NCBI GenBank assembly: GCA_052426225.1
Contig: JBNJNM010000006.1
Span: forward strand, 1,612,001-1,676,000
Reading direction: 5' to 3'
DNA: 64,000 nt
From: Zancudomyces culisetae HAW-14-8
Taxonomy: Eukaryota > Fungi > Kickxellomycota
Shown here piece by piece: positions 1-12,380 of this stretch. The notes beneath the pieces are model-generated. The model made no database searches, was not told the origin of the DNA, and worked only from the letters and a program-made list of their open reading frames with translations. A program made the translations under genes and the position numbers. Within the stretch, counting starts at the first letter, position 1; each line of letters starts with the position of its first letter.

Positions 1-2068
1 ACAGAATGAGTTTTCACATAACCAAACACAAGATGGTATTAAATATAATTGTGAAAGCATTGATGTAATTATCAGCAAAAAAAGTGGTTTAATCGCATTT
101 TTATCAATTTCTTGCCTAATTCAATTGTCTACTGATTTGTGTATTTGCTTCCTGGTTTGTAATATTGGTGGAATTTATATAAGCGTGATTTTATCTTGAT
201 GTCAGTTCTTGATAAGAAATTAAAGTCTGTTCACTGGTACAAATGCGGGTGGTGTGGTTTTGAACCTGTTCCTGTGATAGAGTTGCTATTTTGGAAAGTG
301 AAAATAAGTTTGGTAGAGGCGGAGTACAGAGGACCAGAATTTCTCTTGGGATATGTTCAAAAGCAAAGGACGTTTCATCATCAGGGAAATGTATCAGATG
401 ATTGTATTTTATTAGGGTTTGAGAAGTTGTTATGTAATTTTGGGCTGTAACTGTAGGTGGTGAATGATATACTGGCAAATGGACAAAAATGTCATTACAA
501 GACATATCTAATAGAAAGGCTGAACAATAGTTTCTAAAGTTGGGTACTCAAATAAATATGCCCTCCCACAGCCTCACGGATTTCTCCGAAAAGGCCATGA
601 CGAATAGACGAAATCGCCTGTAGAATAGGGTACAAGCATGGCCAACCCATCAAAGACACAACGCATAACTGAGTTTATTTGGTCCTATTTTGCAAGATAT
701 CCCACCTTTATTGTAAACATGTCAACCCTTATCATGGGTTGTACAGGTTTGCGCGTATTTACACGGGGGCGGAAGCTACATTTTTTTTTGTTTTCTTGTC
801 ATGCTTTATAATGATTCATATATATGTCATTATTTAAGGCTTTAGTAGAAAGTAGAGGAGCCTGCCACAAAGTGACAATGTGATTGAGCGCAAGGTACTT
901 GTGGCTCATTTATTTGCAATCGCTTGGTAGTTTTTGTTATTTTGTTCTGACAAAGCATTAGCTTAATTTGAAAATTGGGAGTTGCTAACACTAAAAGTGA
1001 GCCCACGCCAATAAAATCCAAATTCAACAATAAAAGCCCCATTGTTAATCGAATGATAAAGCAGATTTACGGGAAAAAACAATAAAGGAAAAAAAAAACA
1101 ATATAATGGGAAATGAGTAGTAAAAAAAAAATGTAATAAAAAGTCGGAGCACTACTAATGAGGTCCAGGTCTAGCAATTGGTGTCTGGTATCGATTTGAA
1201 AACTGGGCAAATTAAAAGCCAAAAAATGTCAAAAGTTCCTGAAACAGGACAATTTTGTACAGTAAAGGAGAGGAAAATAGATAAAAAAAGTTGTCAAGTT
1301 TTTTGGACTTGAGCATCAAGATAAACATAAACAATTGCTAATTTGACACAATTGCAACTGGTTTCCTGAGAATGACTAAGAAAAGGGGAATAAAATGGAA
1401 ATAAAAGGCTGCAAAGGTGTGTAGTAAATTCCGAATTACAACATCGATAAGTTTTTTTTTTCACCATAAAGTTGTGACGCAATATATAATTATTTGATTT
1501 TTTATTCAAGGACAAAACACAAACCCAAAAATTTGAGGAAATGAGGAGATGAGAGCAAATGTTGCAGAAAATCGACTTTTGATGTTTATGAGAAAAAAGT
1601 CATTAACAAACCTATGACATTTTTTGTTGGTATAGAGTTAATGTTCAGAGCCATCTTATTACTAATATGAGTAATAAAGGGGGTATTTACATAATATATA
1701 GGGGAGAGAAAAAAAAAGAAAACAAAATTGAAATTTTGGCTACCGTTTTATCCCTCAATACAATGTTATTATCATGGAGCTATGGATCCAAAATTATGAA
1801 TTGTGTATATATATACATATACTGTTACCATCAAAACGGTTTATATTTAAAAGATAAATCAGAAATATACTCTCTAAAGATTACAAAAAGTAAAAAAATC
1901 CCAGTATAACAACGTCGAAAGTGCTATAATATATTGGTGCTATACTGAAAGCAACATAGAAAAAAAAACCATTTCCAGAGCAGCAGCAGATTCGTTTTCT
2001 AGTATTCGTTATACACTTAATTTAAAATAAAACCGCGCAAAGAGGTAGTAATATAATAGAAAGGAAAG

Positions 2069-3058
2069 ATGGTGAATCTTTATACAAACAAATCAGCAAA
2101 AGGCACTACAGTTGATATAAAGATACTTCCAAGTAACAACAAGAATCTACTTCCAATCGATTTTAACAAGAAGGACAACTATACCCACTCTTTGACAAAT
2201 GTTACTATAGAAAGAGTTAGTATTAAAGGGATAATACTAAATGCAGAGGGGGGATATGAGGAAAAACACACGTCGTATGGTGAAGGAACTGATACGAGGA
2301 GGGGGAAGAGAAAGCATACCAGTCAGTTTTTAGGCTATGTAAACAAGGAATTGAAGGGGAGGCGAGGTGATGGTTGTTCCGATATCCAGGAAAGTGAAAA
2401 GGTTGATACTACATCTGAATCCTATAGTGAATACCTGAAGAGCTGCAGAAACAACCTGATCAAAGAGAGTGGAAGAGCCAACGTGGAGAAATACTATAAA
2501 ATAGTAAAAAACCGGGCAGAACTGGGGTTGGTTGATTGTGAAGCAGTCAAAATTTTTTGTGGTACGATTTCTACCGAAGATCAAGAAGAAAGTAATACCA
2601 AGATAAGTCGTGGTATTGGAGCTGAACGTGGTTACCTAGCAGAAAAGGGAGCGGTATGTTTGAAAAAGAACGAGGGAGTTTATATAAAAGGGGAAAATGT
2701 TGAATGTATGGTTAAGCCATCACCAAAGCTCCAAGGAGTGAAAGAAAAAAAGAAAAAACAAACCATGGATCATAGTCAAACTCATGCCGACGCCAATAGT
2801 CACGATTCTAATAAGGTGCAAGCTCAAGTTCAACTGGTTCCGGATACATACAAACTTTGCTGGTCGGTATCTGCCACTCAAGGTAAAGATGACTATGCAA
2901 AGAAAGCACAATCCCAAATCTTGCAAGTAGCTAGAAAGTACAAAATCGTAGAGCTTGAAGGAGGCTATAGAAAGCTTGCTATTGAAAAACTCATGATAAA
3001 GCGATCCAAAATTGGATATCCATTGAAAGAAAGGATCATTCAAATTAAGGCAAATTAA
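2069..3058 (+). CDS. Hypothetical protein, 329 aa, intronless, Lys/Glu-rich
   Basis: Long ATG-initiated ORF in a purine-rich context (GGAAAGATGG). No family firmly recognised; C-terminal segment YRKLAIEKLMIKRSKIGYPLKER looks motif-like. Confidence 0.65.
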   Translation: MVNLYTNKSAKGTTVDIKILPSNNKNLLPIDFNKKDNYTHSLTNVTIERVSIKGIILNAEGGYEEKHTSYGEGTDTRRGKRKHTSQFLGYVNKELKGRRGDGCSDIQESEKVDTTSESYSEYLKSCRNNLIKESGRANVEKYYKIVKNRAELGLVDCEAVKIFCGTISTEDQEESNTKISRGIGAERGYLAEKGAVCLKKNEGVYIKGENVECMVKPSPKLQGVKEKKKKQTMDHSQTHADANSHDSNKVQAQVQLVPDTYKLCWSVSATQGKDDYAKKAQSQILQVARKYKIVELEGGYRKLAIEKLMIKRSKIGYPLKERIIQIKAN

Positions 3059-3376
3059 AGCCCAGTAACCTTTTGTATTCTAAAAGTAATATTAGACATA
3101 GTTATTTTTATTGCTATTTTTTTCCTGCAGAAAAAAAAATGCAAACCTGTATTTTACTCGCAGATAATTCATCTTTTAGCTGGAGCTCCCCACTTCAAGA
3201 ACGAATATTCACAATATGCTTTGCTAGGCGAGATTTTTCTTAAAATCAAAGTGTAATAAAACATGATAAGAGCTAGAATAGATCTTGATTAATATCGAAA
3301 CATAAAACAAATAAATATATGAGCAAATGAGCACTATTGATACTACTAGAGGTTAATGAAAAGCGGTTCTTGTGGT

Positions 3377-4800
3377 TTACCGCCTTTTCCGTGGCTTAAC
3401 GTCGTCTTCTTTGACTGAGTGTAGGTATATGGTTCGCTTATCGTTTTGATTTGAGTGGGCATAGCCCTTTGACCAATCGTAGCCCACGGAGTAAGCAAAT
3501 ATTCTCCCATCACGGTTAAAGCAGGTAGAAGTTATTGGTGTGTTGACACAGGGGAAGCTCTTAAGCTTTTGGCGAGCTTCTTTGTCCCAAAACATAATGT
3601 TTCCATCCGAACCAGCTGTGGAAAAGGTACCAAACAATGGATGGTGGGAAATACAATTGACTGCAAATACATTATTGCTGGTGTCACGATGACATTTGAA
3701 GGAGAATTCGTTCGATTTGGCTGAATCTTGTATATACTGAATAGCAACTCGGCCCTCTATTGAGCCAATAGCAAATCCATCTTTTGATGGAAAGCATGAG
3801 ACTGTCCGTGTTTGGAACTTTAGTGGCGAGAGATACGATTTAAACGGAACAGTTGGATTGTTGAGGTCAATAACTACAAGGTGCCTATCAGCGGTTCCCA
3901 CCACCATCAATGGGTGATTGACGTCCATGGTGTAGCACCGTTCCGGTAGTTGTACGGTTCCTATCGGGTTCTGTGTTCTCAGATCCCAGTACTATTTATC
4001 AAGTGCATTAAACGGGTATCAGTACACATAAATATACGCATACCAGAAGCCACAGGTCAGAGGGCATATATGTCTTACCTTTATCATTTTATCCCAACCT
4101 CCTGTTGCAACAATGGGTGCTCCCGAGTTTGGCATTTCCACAAATTTCAGACACCGAATTGCAGCATCGTGTGCTGCTATTTGTGTTGTAGTTCCTGTCA
4201 TCACATCAAACATCCGTGCCGCCTTATCTGCTCCTCCAGATGCTATTTTTGCTCCATCCTATATTTTAACATTTTATTTTGGTCGGTCCCTTTTGATTTT
4301 TTCACTTTTTAAGCTACAAAGTATTGCATCTCGCACTCACCTTTGACCAATCACATGTTAAGGCTGGACCTTCGTGAGTATACATCGCCTTTCCTGCTGT
4401 CATTCCATTGGATTGTACCTCCCATATCCGTACCTAAATCAAAGTTTAAATATAATTGGAATAAAATTTAGATTCTGTAAAATTGAATAGTTCCGGTTAT
4501 AAAGCCTTGATCATAGTCGTAATCTTGGACTTAGTTTTAATCTTAACCTTACATTATTATCCCACGAGGATGCTGCTAAGAAATCCGCTTGAGGGCTGAA
4601 GCTAAGCTCCGAAACAGTATCGGTCGGTGGTTGCGAAATCTATTTATTGTGTTAAACTCATCTTTTAATCTATTGCTTTACATTTTCCGATTTTCTCGCC
4701 TCTCCTACTGTTAAACGCATTTGCATGGATCCCCAGAAAACAATGCTTAAGTTTCTGATCATACCTCAATATCCTTTTCTGTCAACAATGAGGTGTTCAT
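3377..4800 (-). CDS. RAE1: Poly(A)+ mRNA export factor Rae1/Gle2 (WD40), ~336 aa; exons 4800-4765, 4639-4553, 4433-4341, 4258-4079, 3991-3377
   Basis: Spliced translation gives ISQPPTDTVSELSFSP..LAASSWDNNVRIWEV, WDKMIKYWDLR, SPLKFQTR, GSIEGRVAI, FSFKCHR, GYDWSKG. All four introns are GT..AG and phase 0. Confidence 0.95.
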
Positions 4801-5936
4801 TTTTTAATCACAGGTATCCGTGTTTGTTTTTTCGACTCGAGTATTATTTATCAACAGTAGTAGTTATAGCGTTTTTTGATTTTTATTTCGTGTGTGTTTC
4901 TATGTTTGAACTGAAATAGGAGGATCTAATACCGATTGCAGTGTCTTCAGGATGTTCTTTAAATTTCTATACCGTTGATTTTCTTTGGCCTTTTAAAGTG
5001 CTATATAAACAAGCTCACTAGGTTTCGCCTTTACAGGATTGTGCAGAAAATAAAACAGTACTTGTCATTCACCAAACCCGCTAATGTAAATAAAATTGTG
5101 ATGTGGGTTATTTTTTTTGTTTTGGTTTTTCTCTCTCATTTGCGGCTTATGGCTCTCCATTTCCCAAAAATTTTTTTTTCGCAGCCCCTCAATTGGACGA
5201 AATCATAAACATAGCAAAAAAAATTTTTTGGCTGTTACCTGAAAAATTATCGAAACGAAATACAAAAGCTAATTTCTTTTGTTAACTGGCGGTCTGGTCG
5301 TTCGCACTGTCTGGTTCACCAACATACTTTAGGTTTGATGATCTATATTACGAGTATCCTTCTTGTTTTTATTACAGAACTTCTTTAATTGTGCGATGTT
5401 TTATATCTCAGGAACAAGATATAGAATACACTTACACCGGTAACATAGAAGCTCTTGTAAATTTTTTAATAGAATACTTGCTGCATGTTGTCTAGGGGAC
5501 TCGACATCGACTTGAAATGGTAGAGAAAAGGACATGTTGCTAAAATAAATAGAACAGAATGTATCAGGTTCTAGCACATTAGTGAATGGTGGACATATAT
5601 ATCAACAAAAAGACTTGCAACTATTATTCCAGTATCAAAAGGCTGAGTTATAGAACTGTATACCTTCCATTTACTATTATTTCGCCCACAAAAACTCAAA
5701 AATTAATCAATCCACTGATACAAAAAAAAGTTGGCGAAAAAAATGCTACAGTACTGCGCTTGGGGTATAAGACGTATCAGTCTTATGCAACCCTTGCTCA
5801 ACATACGTTAATGTTGTGGTAGTTTGGAAGTGCTATGAGTTCTTCCTCTAATATGGTTTATTTTGCTCTAATTCATGGATGGCCGGAAAAAAAAGTGGTT
5901 GTGAAACGAGTGCGTTTGGACAGAAAGCTGGTAATT

Positions 5937-5945
5937 TCACGTGAC
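5937..5945. promoter_or_regulatory. Cbf1/bHLH-type E-box (TCACGTGAC) in the divergent RAE1-DOT1 intergenic region
   Basis: Exact GTCACGTGA match on the minus strand. Function not shown; a short motif can occur by chance. Confidence 0.3.
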
Positions 5946-6477
5946 ATGTTCAGTAGTCTGTTTTTGGCCATTTTTTTACAAGCTATGAATGTACGGCCTT
6001 TTTAGTGGAAAGAAGGAAACAATTTGTAATCACTAATGTATTATTTGTTCCTGGATGACAAATCAAAATAACGAAAAGCCAAAACTGTTGCAAATTGCAA
6101 AAAAAAAAAAAGCTATCGTGGAAATATCAAGTTACCAGGTTTTGAGAAATGTTAGCACCAAGTTAATAACCGTTTTTTTTAAACTTGCAGGGAAGATTTG
6201 GAAAAAAGCAAATTTCATCCTATCAGAAATACATAAAATTTTCCCCAACTAAAGATTTGGTCACGTAGCGAACCGGGCTGATTTAACTAAATCGCGCAAC
6301 GTTGTTTTGTACAAAAATCAAATATAACGATAAATTATGGAAAAAATATAGAAAAAGTATAGAAAAAAATAAAAAAGGATACTGAGGAACATGCTTTCGA
6401 AATTTTTTTAAGAACACACTTTAAATCAATACTTTTACAAAGCATAGATCCTGAAAGTTAAAAATGAGATATACAAG

Positions 6478-8530
6478 ATGCAAAAAAACAACGCACCAAC
6501 TGTAAAGTACAAAGTCATTGAGCGTGTAATAATAAAAAAGAAGGGAGCCGCTGGTAAAGGTGAAAATGGTGAGAGAATAGTAATTACGAAAAACAATATC
6601 CTTGCAGAAAGCAAACCACCGAAGTTGGTTTCTCCTCCTCTATCCTTGTCACTATTAGAAAGAAGAGCTTTACCATCAAAGACAACAAACAGTCACGATA
6701 GTAAGAATGGCAGAAACAACAATGGTGTTACGAACAGCGTTTATAGAAACATTGAAAGTAGAGCTAATAGTGTGTATACTGAAAAAGAAAGGAGGCGCTA
6801 TATATCGGATGGCGGGATGGTGGAAAGGGCGCGGTCTGAAGGGAAAATAAGATCTGACCAATCAAGGATGAGAAAGGAGACAGGTAAGGTAATATATTCC
6901 AGTAGCGACGAAGGGGATGCGAATAGTCACGCACAAACAAAGCATACGGCTGTAACCAATGGAGGTAAGTATTTAGTACAGACCACAATTGGGTTATTTA
7001 TAATAAAAAGTTTAAAATTTTCTGAAATAGGAGCGAATGAAGGTGTGAAGGTGCGACGAGAATATAGAGAGACTTCGACAGAAAACACGGAGGATGAGTG
7101 GAAAACGAAAAACAATGTAGAAAACAGGGACAAGTTAGGTAATAATAGTAGGGATGATATTGGTAGGGACAGATCCAAGGATAATGGCGTAAAGCGCGGT
7201 GCTGGGCACCAAGAGAGGCGAAATATCGAGGAGAAAAAGATAAGGGTAGAGGAAAGAAATAAGGTGGGAGACAGGAAGAAGAAGAGGGTGAAGAGTGAAT
7301 GTATAAAAAAAATGGAGAAGGAATTTCAAAGCAAAGATGAATTGCACGAGCCGGTCAGCTCAGCAAGCTACGTACTGGATAGCAAAACCAAATACGCTAA
7401 ATGTAAGTCTCAAGCTCAAGAAAACATGCAGTTTTTTATAAGTAAGATACAAATTATTTATTGCTATTTTTGTTTGCATAGATTTCGATACCAAAGATTT
7501 GGAGGAAAACGAGGACTATTTTCCAGAAATGTCAGTAGTTAGGCTGGGATACGTTCAAAAGGATAGATACGAGAAATACTCATTGCTAGTCCCCAAAGAG
7601 TGTTTAGTTGGGCCCAAAATATCTCAAGAATACAATCCGATAAGCGATTTAATATATACTGTAAGGATAGTGGGGGAAATGATGGATGAGGAGAATGAAG
7701 AGTGTAAGGAGATATTTGAAAGCAACACTGGAGTTGTTAGAAGGTTAGAGAGGGCCAAGAACAAACGAAATGGAAGCGAGTATTTAAAAGCAGTCACTAG
7801 ATATAATAAAATGCACAAAGAGGTTAAGAGCTACAAGGGGATTGAACTGCCGTATAACATAGCATTGCACATATATAACCAAATATACAATAGGGTGGTA
7901 GCCGAACACGTGGATAAGCTCAAAAAGTACGCAGCGTTTTCGAATAACGTCTATGGTGAAATCAATCCCATTTTAGTGAATGAATTTATTAGAAGATTTA
8001 ACATAACGCACAACGATGTGTTTATAGACCTAGGATGTGGTATCGGTAACGTCGTTATCCAAGTGGCTTTACAGGCGGGATGCACCAGCTATGGGGTTGA
8101 GATTATGAACACCCCTGCAAGGCTTGCTATTTCTCTCTCTATGGAATACAGGCTGCGAACATTTCTGTATGGAATAAATCCAAGAGGCGCAGCAAAAATA
8201 ATTCATGGCGACTTTTTGGACTCGAGCAATCCCGAACTGCTAGATGTGCTGAAAAACTCGACCGTGATATTTGTAAATAATTATGCATTTGATTCCATTC
8301 TGAACTTGAAATTGCTAGATCTATTTCTAGAACTAAACGATGGAACCAAAATCATTTCTCTAAAGCCATTTATTCTTCCCAAACTCAACAACCGAACCTT
8401 TGGTTCACCAGCCAGCATCCTTTCTGTTGAAAAGTTCAGCTATTGGAGTGATTGTGTTAGCTGGACCAGCAACTCTGGGTTTTACTATTTGCATGTTGTG
8501 GATAGAAGTCGGCTTCAGAAGTTGTATTAG
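6478..8530 (+). CDS. DOT1: Histone H3K79 methyltransferase Dot1, ~635 aa; exons 6478-6964, 7031-7402, 7482-8530
   Basis: Motifs VYGEINP, FIDLGCGIGNVV, SYGVEI, IFVNNYAF, KIISLKPF, VSWT. Intron 7403-7481 (GTAAGT..TAG) joins the two ORF frames. Intron 6965-7030 is 66 nt and in frame. Confidence 0.93.
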
Positions 8531-8896
8531 TTTTTTTTTTGGCATTTGATTGGTTTTTTCATGAAGTTTTTGTTATTTGTACAGTTTTAATTGCAAGCTA
8601 GAGAATATTTTTGATTTTGTAGTTCCCCAAATGGTCGGAGATGGGGCGTTGGGGTGATGGGTGGTGGGTGGTGGGTGATGGGGGGAGAGAGGGAATTTAG
8701 AGGAATTTAATATAAATTTTGTGAGCAATTTTGCAAATGTTGGCTTTTTATGGAATTGAAGTTGGATTTGGCATTCGCATTAAAACAGTTTAAATTGCGA
8801 AAACCACACATTTTTCATATATGGAATAAGTGAATACATAAAAAAAAGAGTAAGCGGGTTCAAACATCATTAAACTAGGAAAAAAATAGTTGAGAA

Positions 8897-11270
8897 ATGG
8901 AGCAACTAACAACGTCAGAGTTATCATCCGTCCTCGAGGCTTGGAAAAGTAAGGATATGCCAACATATTGACATTGTGTATACATCCGCAATACTTTTAC
9001 TAACAGATTTGGATTGCATATCCTTTTCTTCATTTTGCGAATTAGATGTTAATTTTCCTAATGTCTTGGAAACTTATGGGAAGAAGGGCGAGGAAATCAT
9101 CGAGAATCAGAAGAGTAGCTTGCAAGGCAGAAAGGAGTTGGCTGAGAACACCAAAGGTTCGTATGAACGTCAAGTATACAATTTCAAGAATTTAACTAAC
9201 TTTTACCTTCTCAAAACTTTAAACAGCTTTCAGAAAAAACACTACGTTTCAGGACTCGACCGAATTGAAGGTTCTGCTTAAAGGTATTGTGTAATTCTTC
9301 CTAAACGCGACCATTATTCTTTTATGTTTGTACTTGTGCACCAGGAGGAAGTGAATAGCATTTATTTTATCTTGATATAGGATACCAAAATGAAATCGAC
9401 AAATTGACAAAGAAATTGAGATTTGCAGAAAACACCTATTTAAATCTTTACAAGATAATGAGCGAATTGCCAAATCCAGAGTTATATTTGGCACAGCAAC
9501 TAGAAGATCGAAGGAAGAAAACAAAAGAGAATAAGAAAGAGGAAACATTAAAACTGGACAACAAGAAGCTTCTCCAGGAAAATAAGGAGTTGAAGGAAAC
9601 TATAGCTCAAATCCGCCAAGAACAAGAAAATTTCCTCAAAGACAGCCAAAATACTCAACAGCAGCAGCAAGGAGAGTATGAAAACCAGATTTCGTACCTA
9701 AAAAACCGCGAGTTAAGCCTGCAGCAACAATTAACTGAGGCTGTTCATAACTTGGAACATCTGAGAAGTACACACGATCTGACCCAATCTGAGCTGCCGG
9801 ATATTACAACCAACAAAGACCAGGAAATGCTAGCTAAACTTGCCGAGTTTGACGTAAACCAAGCTGAGTTGGATAGGGCGAATCTAAGAATCAACGATCT
9901 ACAGCTTGTTGTGGTAAGAAAGCTGCAGAATATATTCGATATACAAACTATTCCATTTTGTTGAGGACAATGACAGTTTTGAAATAATACTGTTTAATAA
10001 CATTTAGGCAAAATTAAAATCGCAGATACAAAGCCTAGAGAAAGGAGTAGAGACCAATGAAATGTAATACTAGAGATTATTTTTTATTAGTAGAGGGATG
10101 TGGAGTTATATTTGCGAAAGCTACTAATCAAGGATAATGTGCATAAAAAAATGACTTAATTAATTATTTTTAGGATATTGGACTACCAAAACAAGGTCAA
10201 GACGTTGGAACTGCAGTTAAATAAGCTGAGTTTGGAATTGGAAGCCTCAAAAATCGCTCAGGGAAAAAATCTTCGAGAGGTTGAGGAACTCGAAAGTGTT
10301 TTGGAGCTAAAAGTAAATTAGACATATTTCTAAAATTTAATGACAGAAAAATACAAACGAGAAAAAAACTTTTCAAATAATAATTGTAATAATAATGTAA
10401 TGGCCTTGCAAGGTATCAAGTGGTAAATATAACCTGACAACCAAATAGGCGAACGAGATCAAAAAGCTGTTGAATAAACTAGAAGAACAAAATGATTATG
10501 CAGAGATAAAACGAGAGTTAGAGATATTAAAGAGTGTTGAGCTTGGTGGAGATTGGGACGAAGAAAAACCAAAACAAAAGGACGTCAAGCTAACCTTCGA
10601 ACAACAGCTGATTAAACAGAACCAGAATCTTCAAACGCAACTTACATTAACCAAAAACAAGTCTACCCAGTTTGAAACAGAAACCCAATCCTTAAAGTCG
10701 CAGGTAAGTCAGCTGTCGACTCAGCTAAAAGCGAAGTCCGATTTGGTCTTAAAACTGGAGCACGATTTATCTTCTTCCACGGTGGATGTTAACAAGAATG
10801 ACAACAATTCCACCAACAATTCGATCCTTCCTATTGTCACCTCCCAACGAGACCGCTTTAAGCAGCGCACCACCGACCTGGAGGATCAGTTGAGAAAAGC
10901 ACATTCGCTTAACGAACAGCTGCTGCTGAAAGCAGATAAACTGCAAGCCGAAAACTCTAATTTAATCGGCCAACTAAAATCTCTAAAATCAATAAATTCC
11001 TTTTCGACTCCCTCGGCAATCAATATTCCCACCCCAACTACCTCTACCCGAATATATGGCTTTGACGGCTTTTCTGATGACTACGCATATCGATACTCTT
11101 CCCGCCATAGGCTACTTTCTCCGTTTTTGTCCAAATCGAAAACAAATCGTTACTTTGGCGCCATCAAAAGGTTTACAAGGAACCTAATGCGCTATAAATA
11201 TACGCGCCATTTGGTTTACCTTTACATCTCCTTTCTTCACTTGTTTGTTTTTTACTTAATGTTATTGTAG
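8897..11270 (+). CDS. COY1: CASP/Coy1 golgin (CUX1 N-terminal-like coiled coil plus C-terminal TM), ~589 aa; exons 8897-8948, 9046-9156, 9227-9283, 9381-9913, 10008-10063, 10174-10312, 10449-11270
   Basis: Spliced frame gives EIIENQKSSLQGRKELAENTK, LLKGYQNEIDKLTKK..FAENTYLNLYK..ELPNP, DYAEIKRELEILKSVE, SILPIVTSQRDRFKQR, and a C-terminal TM with Y..LHL. Intron phases are consistent. Confidence 0.9.
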
Positions 11271-11279
11271 GTCACATTG

Positions 11280-12380
11280 CTATAGAGGTTTTGAAAAATC
11301 CATTGATTGGAATTTATAAAACTCTTTAAAAACGTCTTCCATCCCTTTAGACTTGTTTCCACTCTCCTGATATATACTGCAGCTGTGTATGCCGCTTACT
11401 TCTCTTTTCGACCCAAGATAATCACTACTGCCATTGTTTTCCATTAACCATTCGGCAGTACTACTCAGTATCCATTCAAACAATCCGCCTTTCTTGTTAT
11501 TCTCTGCTAATTTTTTAGTAGCACCCCCTTCATGCTCCATTCCCCTCTCTATTCTGGACGTTTCTCCAGAATTTTCTGCCTCGAATTCGCCACTACTGTT
11601 CCTAGTATTATCTGTACTTTTGCTATCGCAACTTGTCCTTTTGCTTTTATTACTTTCGCTATGGCTGTCGCAGATTGTCCCGCTTTCTAACCATCCACTG
11701 ACCATATCCTTTTTACTTAAATACGAAATTTTGTCTTTTTGATCGAAAATCATGTTTTTGTATTCAGAACGCCTGTTTTCTTGTCTTATTATATCTCTGA
11801 TGCTTTTTTTAATAGGTATACCAAGTTGTGTTACCCCTCCTCGTTCCTTACTATTATTTTGTATTTCACCAGTATCTTTTTTTGCCGAAATTTCACATCC
11901 ACCCGTCGTCGTTTCAACTAATGCAAATTGACTCTCGCCTCTTCTCAATAGGTGTTTCGACTCGGTTCTACCAATGCTATTCATCTTTTTCCTTTGTTTT
12001 GCATCTTTTTTTTCCTTCGAATTTTCGTTTTTACGCCTAGCGACAGCTCCTTTTGTTATTGATATTCCTCTGTCGCTTACACAACCTGTCTCTTCAAGCT
12101 TTTGGCCCGAGTATAATTCTAATTCAACTTGATCCTCCGCCTGCAAATCCACTACCTTTTGCTTTTTTCCAAATCCAAAATCAATATAACTACCCTCAGT
12201 CACTAGGTTTATATTTCCCTCCTCCTCTTTGCTTTCCTCTTCACTCATCGCCCCACCCTCATGTTCTATATTCAAATTTGTCCAACCCCATGAAGCTGAC
12301 TCAGTGTCAGGTGACTCTGATATTACTATGCTCGTCCAACTGCTTATTGTTGATATATCCTTGTCTCCTCCTGTGGTCAT
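11280..12380 (-). CDS. Hypothetical low-complexity (Ser/Glu/Lys-rich) protein, 366 aa
   Basis: 1.1-kb open frame with the purine-rich coding-strand composition of other genes here. No family recognised. Confidence 0.65.
   Translation of the reverse strand: MTTGGDKDISTISSWTSIVISESPDTESASWGWTNLNIEHEGGAMSEEESKEEEGNINLVTEGSYIDFGFGKKQKVVDLQAEDQVELELYSGQKLEETGCVSDRGISITKGAVARRKNENSKEKKDAKQRKKMNSIGRTESKHLLRRGESQFALVETTTGGCEISAKKDTGEIQNNSKERGGVTQLGIPIKKSIRDIIRQENRRSEYKNMIFDQKDKISYLSKKDMVSGWLESGTICDSHSESNKSKRTSCDSKSTDNTRNSSGEFEAENSGETSRIERGMEHEGGATKKLAENNKKGGLFEWILSSTAEWLMENNGSSDYLGSKREVSGIHSCSIYQESGNKSKGMEDVFKEFYKFQSMDFSKPL

Noticed and set aside
191-780. Minus-strand frame with a 104-aa ORF preceded by three in-frame TGA codons (selenoprotein or decayed retroelement?)
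   Set aside because: No selenoprotein-like motif, no recognisable SECIS and no convincing gag/pol motifs.
9018-9027. ATATCCTTTT, U12-type 5' splice site consensus
   Set aside because: It lies in a polypyrimidine tract, has no matching U12 branch site, and the gene model is complete with GT-AG introns.
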